Positions 23,973 to 32,000 of a stretch of DNA of 32,000 nucleotides are shown here, in pieces; position 1 is the stretch's first letter, and each line of letters begins with the position of its first letter. Under the pieces are notes generated by a model, which worked only from the letters and a program-made list of their open reading frames with translations, was not told the DNA's origin and did not search any database. Source of the DNA: an uncultured bacterium (GTDB taxonomy: Bacteria > GCA-001730085); the NCBI GenBank assembly GCA_964565945.1, contig CAZMGY010000011.1, positions 1 through 32,000 of the forward strand. Reading direction: 5' to 3'. Position numbers and translations under genes: made by a program.

Positions 23973-24872
23973 ATGAGTTCCTTGAATGAAAAAAAACTCA
24001 ATAACTTGATTGATCAACTTGTGACGACCTACAAAAAACATGGAATTAATCATATCGAAGGTTTGTGCTTACCTAATCCCAAGGTGATCGATGAGGTGAT
24101 TGATTCCCTATCCAATATTATTTTTCCTGGTTACACCTATGAAGAAGAAGTGACCAAAGCCAATTTGAATCATTATGTGGGTGATTTGATCAGCCAGGTT
24201 CATCGGCGATTAGTGCCCGAAGTGGCCAAGGGTTTAGGTTATCAAAAAAAAGAAAGTTCAGCTGCTTTTACAAAAGAAGCTGAATTGATTGTGATCAAGT
24301 TTTTGGATCAGCTGGCCGATGTGTGCACGGTTCTTAAAACTGATATCGAAGCGGCCGAAGGTGGGGATCCTGCCGCTCAGTCGTTTGATGAGATTATTCT
24401 GAGTTATCCGTGTACCTATGCCATTATGGTGCATCGTTTGGCGCATGAACTGTTTAAGGCAGGTGTTCCTTTGATTCCTCGGATCATGAGCGAAAGGGCT
24501 CATTCGGTGACTGGGATTGATATTCATCCTGGTGCTAAGATTGGTCAGCACTTTTTTATCGATCATGGCACGGGTGTGGTGATTGGCGAAACCTGTGATA
24601 TTGGCCATCACGTTAAGCTGTACCAAGGTGTGACCTTGGGAGCAATGAGTTTTCCTAAAGATGGCAAAGGGCGGGTGATCAAAGGTAAAAAACGTCATCC
24701 CATCTTGGCCGATGGTGTGACCATTTATGCTGGAGCCACTATTTTAGGGGCGATTCAGATTGGTGAAAACTCAGTTGTTGGTGGAAATGTATGGTTAACG
24801 GATTCGATTCCACCGAATACTGTTGTGACTATTTCGGAACCAGACCTGGTGATTCGCACCAAATTCAAATAA
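23973..24872 (+). CDS. cysE: Serine O-acetyltransferase
   Basis: Helical N-terminal SAT domain. DIHPGAKIGQHFFIDHGTGVVIGET, then left-handed beta-helix hexapeptide repeats. Confidence 0.9.
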   Translation: MSSLNEKKLNNLIDQLVTTYKKHGINHIEGLCLPNPKVIDEVIDSLSNIIFPGYTYEEEVTKANLNHYVGDLISQVHRRLVPEVAKGLGYQKKESSAAFTKEAELIVIKFLDQLADVCTVLKTDIEAAEGGDPAAQSFDEIILSYPCTYAIMVHRLAHELFKAGVPLIPRIMSERAHSVTGIDIHPGAKIGQHFFIDHGTGVVIGETCDIGHHVKLYQGVTLGAMSFPKDGKGRVIKGKKRHPILADGVTIYAGATILGAIQIGENSVVGGNVWLTDSIPPNTVVTISEPDLVIRTKFK

Positions 24873-24900
24873 AAGACCCTTGAGTAATAAGAAGTGTGCC

Positions 24901-25022
24901 AAGCTCCTCAATCTTTGGCTCCGAGTGACACCGATCTTTTAGAGGTTTTGTATGAAAGTGGTTTGGTGGCAATCAAACTGGTGGTCTATTATGCCGATAT
25001 AGGGCAAGAGGAGCTTTTTTTT
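24901..25022 (+). terminator. Possible cysE terminator: a long-range 9-bp stem closing about 98 nt, followed by a T8 tract
   Basis: AAGCTCCTC (24901-24909) is the exact complement of GAGGAGCTT (25008-25016). The second arm runs into TTTTTTTT (25015-25022). The loop is far longer than in a canonical intrinsic terminator. Confidence 0.3.
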
Positions 25023-25075
25023 GGAAAGGGGGTCTAGCAACGTTTTCCAAAAGTCCGCCTAAGCTTAATCAACAA

Positions 25076-25084
25076 TGCTATAAT
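25076..25084 (+). promoter_or_regulatory. Consensus extended -10 promoter element TGcTATAAT for metX-metW
   Basis: TG at 25076-25077 and TATAAT at 25079-25084, ending 39 nt upstream of the ATG at 25123. RBS GAAGGAG. Confidence 0.5.
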
Positions 25085-25122
25085 GGCGTCTACTTTAACA
25101 TGAAAGAAGGAGTTGGATATCG

Positions 25123-26232
25123 ATGGCGAGTGTTGGCTTGGTGCAAGCACACACACATACGTTTAGCGATAGCATGGTTTTAGAATCGGGCCAACGATTG
25201 GATGAGCTCACTCTGACCTACGAAGTTTATGGTGAAATGAATGCCGACAAAACCAATATGGTTTGGGTGACGCATGCTTTAAGTGGAGATGCTCATGCCG
25301 CAGGGCACCACGATATGGGTGATGCCAAACCTGGTTGGTGGGACTTGATGATTGGACCAGGCAAGGCTCTTGATACCAGCCGTTATTGTGTGGTTTGTTC
25401 GAATGTTTTGGGCGGTTGCAAGGGAAGCTCAGGCCCTTATTCAATCAATTCTCAGACTCAGCAGGCTTACGGCATGAATTTTCCAATGGTGACGATTGGT
25501 GATATGGTGGAAGCGCAAAGACGTTTGATGCAGGTGCTCGAAATCCCAAAATTGCATGCGGTGGTTGGTGGATCGATGGGAGGAATGCAAGCTTTAGAAT
25601 GGGCGGTGCGTTTCCCTGACCTTGTATCGGGAGTGATTGTGATTGCTTCGACCTCACGCTTATCTGCGCAAAGTATTGCGTTTAATGAAGTCGGTCGCCA
25701 TGCCATTATGTCCGACAAGAATTGGAACAAAGGCTTGTACGATGAAAATTATCCTCCCCAACAGGGTTTGGCTATTGCACGGATGATAGGTCATATTACC
25801 TATTTGAGTGAAGAAGCGATGCATCGTAAATTTGGTCGGCGTTTGCAGGAAAAAAATCAATTTGGTTATGACTTTGATACCGATTTTGAGGTTGAAAGTT
25901 ATTTAAAGTACCAAGGAGATCTCTTTGTCGAGCGCTTTGATGCGAACAGTTATTTATATCTTACCAAAGCAATGGATTACTTTGATTTGTCGCAGAGTTA
26001 TGGTTCGCTTGAGCAGGCTATGGCTAGAGTTGAGAGCAAAATGTTGGTGGTTTCTCTTACTTCGGATTGGTTGTTTCCCAGTAAGCAATCCTTAGACATT
26101 GTGCATGCGCTTATGCATGAAGGCAAAGAGGTTTCGTTTTGTGATATTGAAACCGACTGTGGACACGATGCTTTTTTGATTAAAGAAAAGCCCCTCACAT
26201 CTTTGATGAAAGGTTTCTTAGAATATGTTTAA
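25123..26232 (+). CDS. metX: Homoserine O-acetyltransferase
   Basis: Alpha/beta hydrolase with the nucleophile block VVGGSMGGMQALEW. WVTHALSGDAHAAG and the C-terminal GHDAFL are typical of MetX. Confidence 0.92.
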   Translation: MASVGLVQAHTHTFSDSMVLESGQRLDELTLTYEVYGEMNADKTNMVWVTHALSGDAHAAGHHDMGDAKPGWWDLMIGPGKALDTSRYCVVCSNVLGGCKGSSGPYSINSQTQQAYGMNFPMVTIGDMVEAQRRLMQVLEIPKLHAVVGGSMGGMQALEWAVRFPDLVSGVIVIASTSRLSAQSIAFNEVGRHAIMSDKNWNKGLYDENYPPQQGLAIARMIGHITYLSEEAMHRKFGRRLQEKNQFGYDFDTDFEVESYLKYQGDLFVERFDANSYLYLTKAMDYFDLSQSYGSLEQAMARVESKMLVVSLTSDWLFPSKQSLDIVHALMHEGKEVSFCDIETDCGHDAFLIKEKPLTSLMKGFLEYV

Positions 26233-26815
26233 GGCCTATCAGAAAGATATTGTTGATTTAGTTCCTGAGGGAAGTCGTGTTTTGGATTTGGGCTGCGGTG
26301 AAGGCAATTTGCTTTACACGCTCAAAAAATTCAAAAATATTCAGGCGGTTGGTGTCGATATTTGCCAAGATAACGTTACTCGTTCGGTGGTCAAAGGTAT
26401 TGCAACCATTCAAGGGGACATCGATGTGGGATTGGCATTTTATGCTGATCAGTCATTTAATGTGGTGATCTTAAGTCAAACTTTGCAAGTGGTGCGCAGG
26501 CCAATAGATGTTCTTAAAGAAATGGTGCGAGTTGGTCAAACGGCTATAGTGAGTGTGCCGAACTTTGGTCATTGGCCTTTGCGTGTCCAAATCTTTTTTA
26601 AAGGTCATATGCCCAAAAATAAAACTTTGGGCTATGAGTGGTACGATACACCCAACATTCATTTGGCGAGCATGAAAGACGTTCAAGATGTTTTTGCGAT
26701 GAATCAAATTAAGGTTTTGGAGCGAAGGCTCTATGCCTCCAGTGGCCGTAAGTTACGTTGCGGATGGAGGGGAAACCTTTTTGCTGAAACGGCTTTATTT
26801 GTCATTCAAAGGTAG
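26225..26815 (+). CDS. metW: Methionine biosynthesis protein MetW (methyltransferase fold)
   Basis: SAM-binding-like VLDLGCGEGNLL. It overlaps the metX end by 8 nt, which is the classical metX-metW pairing. Confidence 0.88.
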   Translation: MFKAYQKDIVDLVPEGSRVLDLGCGEGNLLYTLKKFKNIQAVGVDICQDNVTRSVVKGIATIQGDIDVGLAFYADQSFNVVILSQTLQVVRRPIDVLKEMVRVGQTAIVSVPNFGHWPLRVQIFFKGHMPKNKTLGYEWYDTPNIHLASMKDVQDVFAMNQIKVLERRLYASSGRKLRCGWRGNLFAETALFVIQR

Positions 26816-27031
26816 ACGCGCCATGTTGGTTTTGGAGCTATTTTCAGGCAACATTTTTAAGGATTGCTTGTGACCTTATCGATGGCCACCGATTACATCG
26901 AAATAGGATTGTTGTGGAGGAATACTGGTCGCAGGACAGCTATCGCTTTGTCCTTGGGCACTATTTCTCAAATTCTACTGATAGCTTTGCTGTTTAATTT
27001 ATTCTGATAAAGGTCATAAGGAAGATTGTTT

Positions 27032-27107
<76 letters not shown>

Positions 27108-27126
27108 ACAGAAACGCGGAGGTCAG

Positions 27127-27155
27127 ATTCTATCAGGTTCGGTGGTGTTTGTAAA
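27127..27155 (-). promoter_or_regulatory. Candidate promoter for tRNA-Phe (TTTACA-17-TAGAAT on the minus strand)
   Basis: On the minus strand, TTTACA is at 27155-27150 and TAGAAT at 27132-27127, with a 17-nt spacer. The -10 ends 19 nt upstream of the mature tRNA 5' end. Confidence 0.45.
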
Positions 27156-27351
27156 TAAAATTCTCCTGCCTTAGCTGCGTCCAAGCTGACAAATGAGCTC
27201 AAAATCAGCCTTGTCGAAGGGTGAATTGATAGTCGCGAACCTTTTTGCAGTACCTTTAAGATTCTGAAGTTCTGGGTGATCGCGTAGCTTTTGCAAAGGA
27301 ATGATGATCTTTCTGCCTTCGTGAGAAGGCGAGGAGAAGTAGGGGGCCTTC

Positions 27352-27380
27352 TAGACAGGATTTATTTAAGATGCTAAAAT
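27352..27380 (+). promoter_or_regulatory. Candidate promoter (TAGACA-17-TGcTAAAAT, extended -10) for the polyprenyl synthase-mdh unit
   Basis: TAGACA at 27352-27357, TG at 27372-27373, TAAAAT at 27375-27380, ending 30 nt upstream of GTG 27410. Confidence 0.45.
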
Positions 27381-27409
27381 AAAATTTTGGATTTTTAGGA
27401 GAATTTTTA

Positions 27410-28405
27410 GTGAATATTCAAGCCATTTATCAGTTTTTAAGCCAAGATATGACTTTGATTAACGAGGCTATAACGCAAACGCTTAAACGTTGTCGCCAGC
27501 CTTTGATTGCGACGCTTAATGATTTTGTGTTAGATTCGAAAAGCAAAAAGTTGCGTCCTGTTTTGATGCTCTTGTCGTTTCGTGCAGCTGGAGGCTCTGT
27601 TGATGATTTACATGTCGATCATTATGTGATTAAGGCTGGTGTGGCGATGGAATTGATGCACCGGGCATCTTTGGTGCATGATGACGTGATTGATCATGCC
27701 GAGTACCGCCATGATCGGTTGAGTATTCAATCCAAATGGAATCCTGAAATAGCTGTGGCTTTTGGCAATTTTGTTTATTCCGAAGCGTTTCATTTGTCGT
27801 CGTCGAGTCGCTCCCTCGAAGTGGTGCAGGCGTTAACCTTGGCAACACGCGAGATGTGCGAAGGTGAGCTGATTCAAGTATGTGAACGTGGTAATTTTGC
27901 TTTTTCGCGTGACGGCTATATTTTTATGATTCAAAATAAAACTGCCAGCTTGTTTGCGGCCTCCTGCTTGATAGGAGCGATCACGGCAGAAACCAACAAG
28001 GATCAGCAACAGGCTTTGTATGATTTTGGCATGGCTTTGGGAATTGCCTTTCAGATGATTGATGACACGATGGATGTGATGGCTCCCGTGGAAGATTTGG
28101 GCAAAAATTCTGGGCAAGATTTGGCTTCGGGTGAATTGACATTGCCTATCATTCATTTGCTTGATGTGTCCGATGACAAAGAGGCTGTGATTGATTTGAT
28201 TAAGAAAAGCAAAGACGAAGCGATTTTTCTTGAATTACGCAAAGGTTTTGCTGTGTCACAAGCCGTTGAACGAACACAGAACGATATTCAGCAATACATT
28301 GATAAGGCTAACGAAGCTTTGTCCCGTATCCCTCAGTCCGAAGCAACAATGATGTTTGGCCAGCTGGTGAGTTTTTTGCAGGGACGATTGAATTTAAACG
28401 TTTAA
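27410..28405 (+). CDS. trans-Polyprenyl diphosphate synthase (long-chain, IspB-like; product chain length not inferable)
   Basis: First aspartate-rich motif LVHDDVID and second FQMIDDTMD. GTG start, with TAGGAG 9 nt upstream. Confidence 0.88.
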   Translation: MNIQAIYQFLSQDMTLINEAITQTLKRCRQPLIATLNDFVLDSKSKKLRPVLMLLSFRAAGGSVDDLHVDHYVIKAGVAMELMHRASLVHDDVIDHAEYRHDRLSIQSKWNPEIAVAFGNFVYSEAFHLSSSSRSLEVVQALTLATREMCEGELIQVCERGNFAFSRDGYIFMIQNKTASLFAASCLIGAITAETNKDQQQALYDFGMALGIAFQMIDDTMDVMAPVEDLGKNSGQDLASGELTLPIIHLLDVSDDKEAVIDLIKKSKDEAIFLELRKGFAVSQAVERTQNDIQQYIDKANEALSRIPQSEATMMFGQLVSFLQGRLNLNV

Positions 28406-28435
28406 CAACTTCCGTAACTAGAATAAAGGAGTAAG

Positions 28436-29365
28436 ATGATGGATCATAAAGTAACCGTTGTGGGTGCAGGTTTTGTCGGAGCGACATGTGCATGCCGTAT
28501 TATCGAGCAAGATTTAGCCGATACCGTATTGATTGATATTATGGAAGGTATGCCACAGGGGAAAGCCTTGGATTTAATGCAATCGGCACCGATTGAAGGA
28601 TACAACGCTGCGATTGTTGGAACCAATGATTATGCTGATACGGCCGACAGTGATGTGGTTGTGATCACAGCTGGTTTACCGCGCAAACCTGGCATGAGCC
28701 GTGACGATCTTTTGGTGGCCAATGCCGATATTGTTAAAAGCATCACCGAGCAGGTGGTTAAGTACAGTCCCAGTGCAGTGATTGTGACGGTGAGCAACCC
28801 CCTAGATGTGATGACCTATTTGTCTTACAAAGTATCGGGTTTTCCCCAAGAACGCGTGGTGGGTATGGCGGGTATTTTGGATGCGGCCCGTTATCGCTGG
28901 TTTATTGCTGAAGTCCTCAAAGTGGCGCCTTCGCAAGTGAATGCTATGGTTTTGGGTGGTCACGGTGATTCGATGGTGCCTATGCCACGTTTTTCGACGG
29001 TGAATGGAATTGCGATTACGGAGCTTTTGCCTGCTGAGACGATTGATGTTATCAATGTGCGCACCCAAAATGGTGGTGCTGAGATTGTAAAGTTGTTGCA
29101 AAAAGGCTCAGCCTATTATGCACCGTCAGCTTCTGCGGTCGAGATGGTCAAGAGCATTTTGCACGATGATGGCAAAATCTTGCCTTGTGCGGCTTATCTA
29201 TCTGGTCAGTATGGTCTTGACGATGTCTATTGCGGGGTTCCTGTGCGTTTGGGGAAGGGGGGGGTTCAAGAGGTGATTGAACTTTCCTTGACCGATGAAG
29301 AGAAGGTTGCTTTGCAAAAGTCAGGCCAAGATGTGAAAGATAATATTGCTAAGTTAAGTCTATAA
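28436..29365 (+). CDS. mdh: Malate dehydrogenase (LDH-like family)
   Basis: Rossmann motif [30 protein letters not shown] substrate-specificity block. Catalytic [18 protein letters not shown]. Confidence 0.92.
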   Translation: MMDHKVTVVGAGFVGATCACRIIEQDLADTVLIDIMEGMPQGKALDLMQSAPIEGYNAAIVGTNDYADTADSDVVVITAGLPRKPGMSRDDLLVANADIVKSITEQVVKYSPSAVIVTVSNPLDVMTYLSYKVSGFPQERVVGMAGILDAARYRWFIAEVLKVAPSQVNAMVLGGHGDSMVPMPRFSTVNGIAITELLPAETIDVINVRTQNGGAEIVKLLQKGSAYYAPSASAVEMVKSILHDDGKILPCAAYLSGQYGLDDVYCGVPVRLGKGGVQEVIELSLTDEEKVALQKSGQDVKDNIAKLSL

Positions 29366-29417
29366 AATAATTTAGATTTTTTAAAAAGCCGTGGCAGAAG
29401 ATGTTGGGGTTTCTTTT

Positions 29418-29440
29418 AAAAGGCTATGCCTTTTCTTGTT
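29418..29440 (+). terminator. Weak intrinsic-terminator-like hairpin after mdh
   Basis: AAAAGGC (29418-29424), loop TAT, GCCTTTT (29428-29434), then CTTGTT. There are only 3 G:C pairs and the loop is 3 nt. Confidence 0.3.
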
Positions 29441-29513
29441 GATATGTTGATATTTCTTCAAAATGATACGTTTAGAGATTGATGCTAGGTCTGATGAGGA
29501 ACTTTAATATGGA

Positions 29514-29542
29514 TTGAACTTTTTGTAATCTCGCTATACAAT
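29514..29542 (+). promoter_or_regulatory. Candidate sigma70 promoter for sucCD (TTGAAC-17-TACAAT)
   Basis: TTGAAC at 29514-29519, 17-nt spacer, TACAAT at 29537-29542, ending 43 nt upstream of the ATG at 29585. Confidence 0.5.
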
Positions 29543-29584
29543 GATTTTATTTGTATTTAATGTCTTCTAAGGAGAAGTGCAACC

Positions 29585-30718
29585 ATGAAAATTCATGAAC
29601 ATCAGGCCAAAGATTTATTCAAAGCCGAAGGCGTTCCCGTTCCCGAAGGGCAAGTGGCGTTTACGGCAGATGAAGTTTTTCAAATAGCTCAAACGATCGG
29701 TTACCCTTGTGTGATTAAAGCTCAGGTTCACGTTGGTGGACGTGGTAAAGCTGGTGCGATCAAAGTTGTTTTTAACGACGATGAGTGTCGCAGTGAAGCC
29801 GAGCGCATTTTAGGAATGGATGTGAAGGGCTTGACCGTCGAAAAAGTTTTGGTGGAACAAGGGGCCAATATCGATAAGGAATACTATGTTGGAATTATCT
29901 TAGACCGTACTTTACGTGACAATGTTTTGATGATTTCGGCGATGGGCGGTGTGGATATTGAAGAAGTGGCTGAATCGGAACCCGACAAAATCTTTAAACT
30001 CCCTATGAAGTCATTACAGTCAATTTCGGCTGAAGATATGGATCAAATTATTCAGTTCCTTGAGTTGGATGATGATTTGCAAGCTGGCTTTAAAGATATT
30101 TTAACCAAGTTGGTGGTGGCTTATTTTGCGAATGATGCTCAGTTGGCTGAGATTAACCCTTTGGTTTTAACTGGTGAACGCACCTGGCTGGCTTGTGATG
30201 GCAAGGTGTTGATCGATGAAAACGCTTTGTTTCGTCACGAAGCATTAAAAGTCTTCGAAGATGAGGCCGAAGACAACGAACTTGAGCGCGAAGCCCATAA
30301 GCAAGGCATTGCCTATGTGAAACTTGATGGTAATGTTGGTATTATTGGTAACGGTGCTGGTTTGGTGATGACGACGATGGACGAGGTGAATCGTGCTGGT
30401 GGTCAGCCCGCTAACTTTTTGGATATCGGTGGTGGAGCCAAAAAAGAAATGATGGAAAAGTGTCTCGAAGTTCTTTATTCCGATGCTCAAGTCGAGGGAA
30501 TATTCATTAACATTTTTGGTGGCATCACCCGTTGTGATGAAGTGGCCCATGGATTGATTGAGATGATTAAAGATGCACCTCGGCAGATTCCTATTGTGCT
30601 TCGTTTGTCGGGCACACGGGCGACTGAAGGACGTGCGGTTGTCGAAGGGCGTGATGATTTGATCAGTGCCAAAACGATGAGCGAAGGGGCTCAAAAAATT
30701 GTTGAGGCGATGGCGTAA
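29585..30718 (+). CDS. sucC: Succinate--CoA ligase (ADP-forming) beta subunit
   Basis: MKIHEHQAKDLF, ATP-grasp block CVIKAQVHVGGRGKAGAIK, NIFGGITRCDEVA. RBS AAGGAG. Confidence 0.95.
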   Translation: MKIHEHQAKDLFKAEGVPVPEGQVAFTADEVFQIAQTIGYPCVIKAQVHVGGRGKAGAIKVVFNDDECRSEAERILGMDVKGLTVEKVLVEQGANIDKEYYVGIILDRTLRDNVLMISAMGGVDIEEVAESEPDKIFKLPMKSLQSISAEDMDQIIQFLELDDDLQAGFKDILTKLVVAYFANDAQLAEINPLVLTGERTWLACDGKVLIDENALFRHEALKVFEDEAEDNELEREAHKQGIAYVKLDGNVGIIGNGAGLVMTTMDEVNRAGGQPANFLDIGGGAKKEMMEKCLEVLYSDAQVEGIFINIFGGITRCDEVAHGLIEMIKDAPRQIPIVLRLSGTRATEGRAVVEGRDDLISAKTMSEGAQKIVEAMA

Positions 30719-30737
30719 ATAGCTGGATTGCGAAATT

Positions 30738-30774
30738 CATAACCACGGATTAATGAGCGAATCTCGTGATTATG
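30738..30774 (+). other. Imperfect 13-bp hairpin inside the 107-nt sucC-sucD spacer
   Basis: CATAACCACGGATT (30738-30751) pairs with AATCTCGTGATTATG (30760-30774), with one bulge and one mismatch. The loop is AATGAGCG. No T tract follows. Confidence 0.4.
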
Positions 30775-30825
30775 CCACAGGATGACAAGACAGGTTAAGA
30801 TACAAGAAACACAAAGGATAGAGAG

Positions 30826-31704
30826 ATGAGTATTTTACTAAGGAAAGACACAAAAGTGATTGTTCAAGGAATCACAGGGCGCGAAGGAAGTTATCATACG
30901 CAATCGATGTTGGATTATGGCACGGAAGTGTTGGGGGGTGTGACCCCTGGAAAAGGTGGTCAAGAAACGTGGGGTTTGCCTGTGTTTAACACGTGCAAAG
31001 AAGCTGTTACTGCGACTGGTGCCAATGCTTCAGTGATTTTTGTACCCGCGCGTTTTGCCAAAGATGCTATTTTGGATGCAGCTGATGGTGGTGTGCAATT
31101 GATTGTTTGCATCACCGAAGGAATTCCTTTTCAGGATATGGTGGAAGCCACCGCTCATGTGAAGACCAACGGAGCTCAGCTTATTGGTCCCAACTGTCCT
31201 GGTTTAGCCTCGCCTGGCATTGGCAAAATGGGAATTACGCCTGCTGAAATTTTGAGCGAAGGTCCTGTTGGCATGATTTCGCGTAGTGGAACCTTGACCT
31301 ACGAGCTTGTGGATGCTTTGACCCGCTTGGGTATTGGCCAAACCACCTGTGTGGGGATCGGTGGTGACCCCGTGTTAGGTTTGAGCTTCCGTGATCTTTT
31401 GGAAATGTTCGAGAACGATCCCGAAACCAAAGCAGTAGTGATGGTCGGTGAAATTGGTGGAACCGACGAGGAAGATGCGGCGGAATATATTGCTCAAATG
31501 TCGAAGCCCGTGGTTTGCTTTATCTCGGGTAAAACAGCGCCCCCAGGTAAACGTATGGGGCATGCTGGCGCAATTATTTCTGGGGGCAAAGGAACGGCTC
31601 AATCGAAAGTCGAAGCTTTGTCAAGTGCTGGAGTGACCATTATGGATACTACTGGCGAAGTGGTGCAAAAAATTCAAGACATTTTGGGCGCTAAGGTGGC
31701 TTAA
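30826..31704 (+). CDS. sucD: Succinate--CoA ligase alpha subunit
   Basis: [15 protein letters not shown] CoA-binding block and the phosphohistidine loop [11 protein letters not shown]. Confidence 0.95.
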   Translation: MSILLRKDTKVIVQGITGREGSYHTQSMLDYGTEVLGGVTPGKGGQETWGLPVFNTCKEAVTATGANASVIFVPARFAKDAILDAADGGVQLIVCITEGIPFQDMVEATAHVKTNGAQLIGPNCPGLASPGIGKMGITPAEILSEGPVGMISRSGTLTYELVDALTRLGIGQTTCVGIGGDPVLGLSFRDLLEMFENDPETKAVVMVGEIGGTDEEDAAEYIAQMSKPVVCFISGKTAPPGKRMGHAGAIISGGKGTAQSKVEALSSAGVTIMDTTGEVVQKIQDILGAKVA

Positions 31705-31714
31705 TAAAAGCGTT

Positions 31715-31737
31715 ACCCCGCGACTTGATTGTGGGGT
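31715..31737 (+). terminator. Weak hairpin after sucD
   Basis: ACCCCGC (31715-31721) pairs with GTGGGGT (31731-31737), including one G-U pair; the loop is 9 nt. The downstream sequence TCGCTTAACTTTATT is only moderately T-rich. Confidence 0.25.
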
Positions 31738-32000
31738 TCGCTTAACTTTATTAAATGTTATTTCTGTGAGGGCATAAATTCAACAAGGAAATAAATGTGT
31801 CGCCCTCTTTAGTGCGTGTGTTAGCGATTGACGTTGGTGGCGGGCTGGACGATATTAGAACTTATTTGATATAGGTTTTTTTAAAATTTGTATGTTATCC
31901 TACCAGATTGACCTCGCTTATATTATATATGTTTTATAGGGTTTTGCTCTTAAATGAGGGGTTTTCTGTCTTGGAGAGGGAGAGCCTCTCCAAGGAATAA

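Noticed and set aside
24873-25122. Possible SAM or other methionine riboswitch upstream of metX
   Set aside because: I could not find the SAM-I core or any SAM-II/V-like pseudoknot signature. The best promoter (TGCTATAAT, 25076-25084) lies downstream of the structured segment, leaving a leader of only about 30 nt. The structure is more plausibly a cysE 3' element. An Rfam scan would settle this.
31970-31994. Perfect 10-bp inverted repeat CTTGGAGAGG-gagag-CCTCTCCAAG at the window end
   Set aside because: No T tract follows on either strand, so it is not a canonical terminator. It sits 6 nt from the window edge, so its context (adjacent gene, repeat family) cannot be judged.

Overview
This is a gene-dense bacterial chromosomal segment with about 30 protein genes and one tRNA, almost all on the + strand. 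I cannot determine the taxon by eye. Most of it is ordinary housekeeping: HAD phosphatase, Tag glycosylase, a three-gene Fe(III) ABC importer, RuvB, GreA, a LOG/PpnN-like protein, CysE, MetX-MetW, a polyprenyl synthase, Mdh, SucC/SucD and tRNA-Phe(GAA). I saw no CRISPR array, transposase or integrase, rRNA, or recognisable toxin-antitoxin or defence cassette.

The most unusual locus is 2442-8674. It is a single-promoter operon encoding a periplasmic imelysin-like protein, a di-haem DUF1111 protein and a 1197-aa P1B-type ATPase-like fusion. The ATPase has several altered core motifs (NGES, CPF, DKTDT, NP, SGD), an insertion of about 60 aa in the P-domain, a long N-terminal membrane extension, and a C-terminal domain of about 280 aa that I cannot assign.

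That operon and the Fe(III) ABC operon each carry nearly the same 15-bp palindrome (TGAAArTrAATTTCA, 13/15 identical) overlapping their promoters. This is Fur-box-like and suggests one shared metal regulon.

Other points worth a second look:
- A 487-codon minus-strand ORF at the window start is missing from the supplied ORF track and has GHKL/Hsp90-like motifs in a non-canonical order.
- A secreted 542-aa protein has a ChaN/TIKI-like motif pair.
- ruvB, a NYN-domain gene and a coiled-coil gene form a string joined by ATGA overlaps.
- A 640-nt gap upstream of greA has no convincing coding assignment.
- An extended -10 promoter word, TGCTAnAnn, recurs five times.

All functional calls come from motif reading by eye. 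No database search was run.
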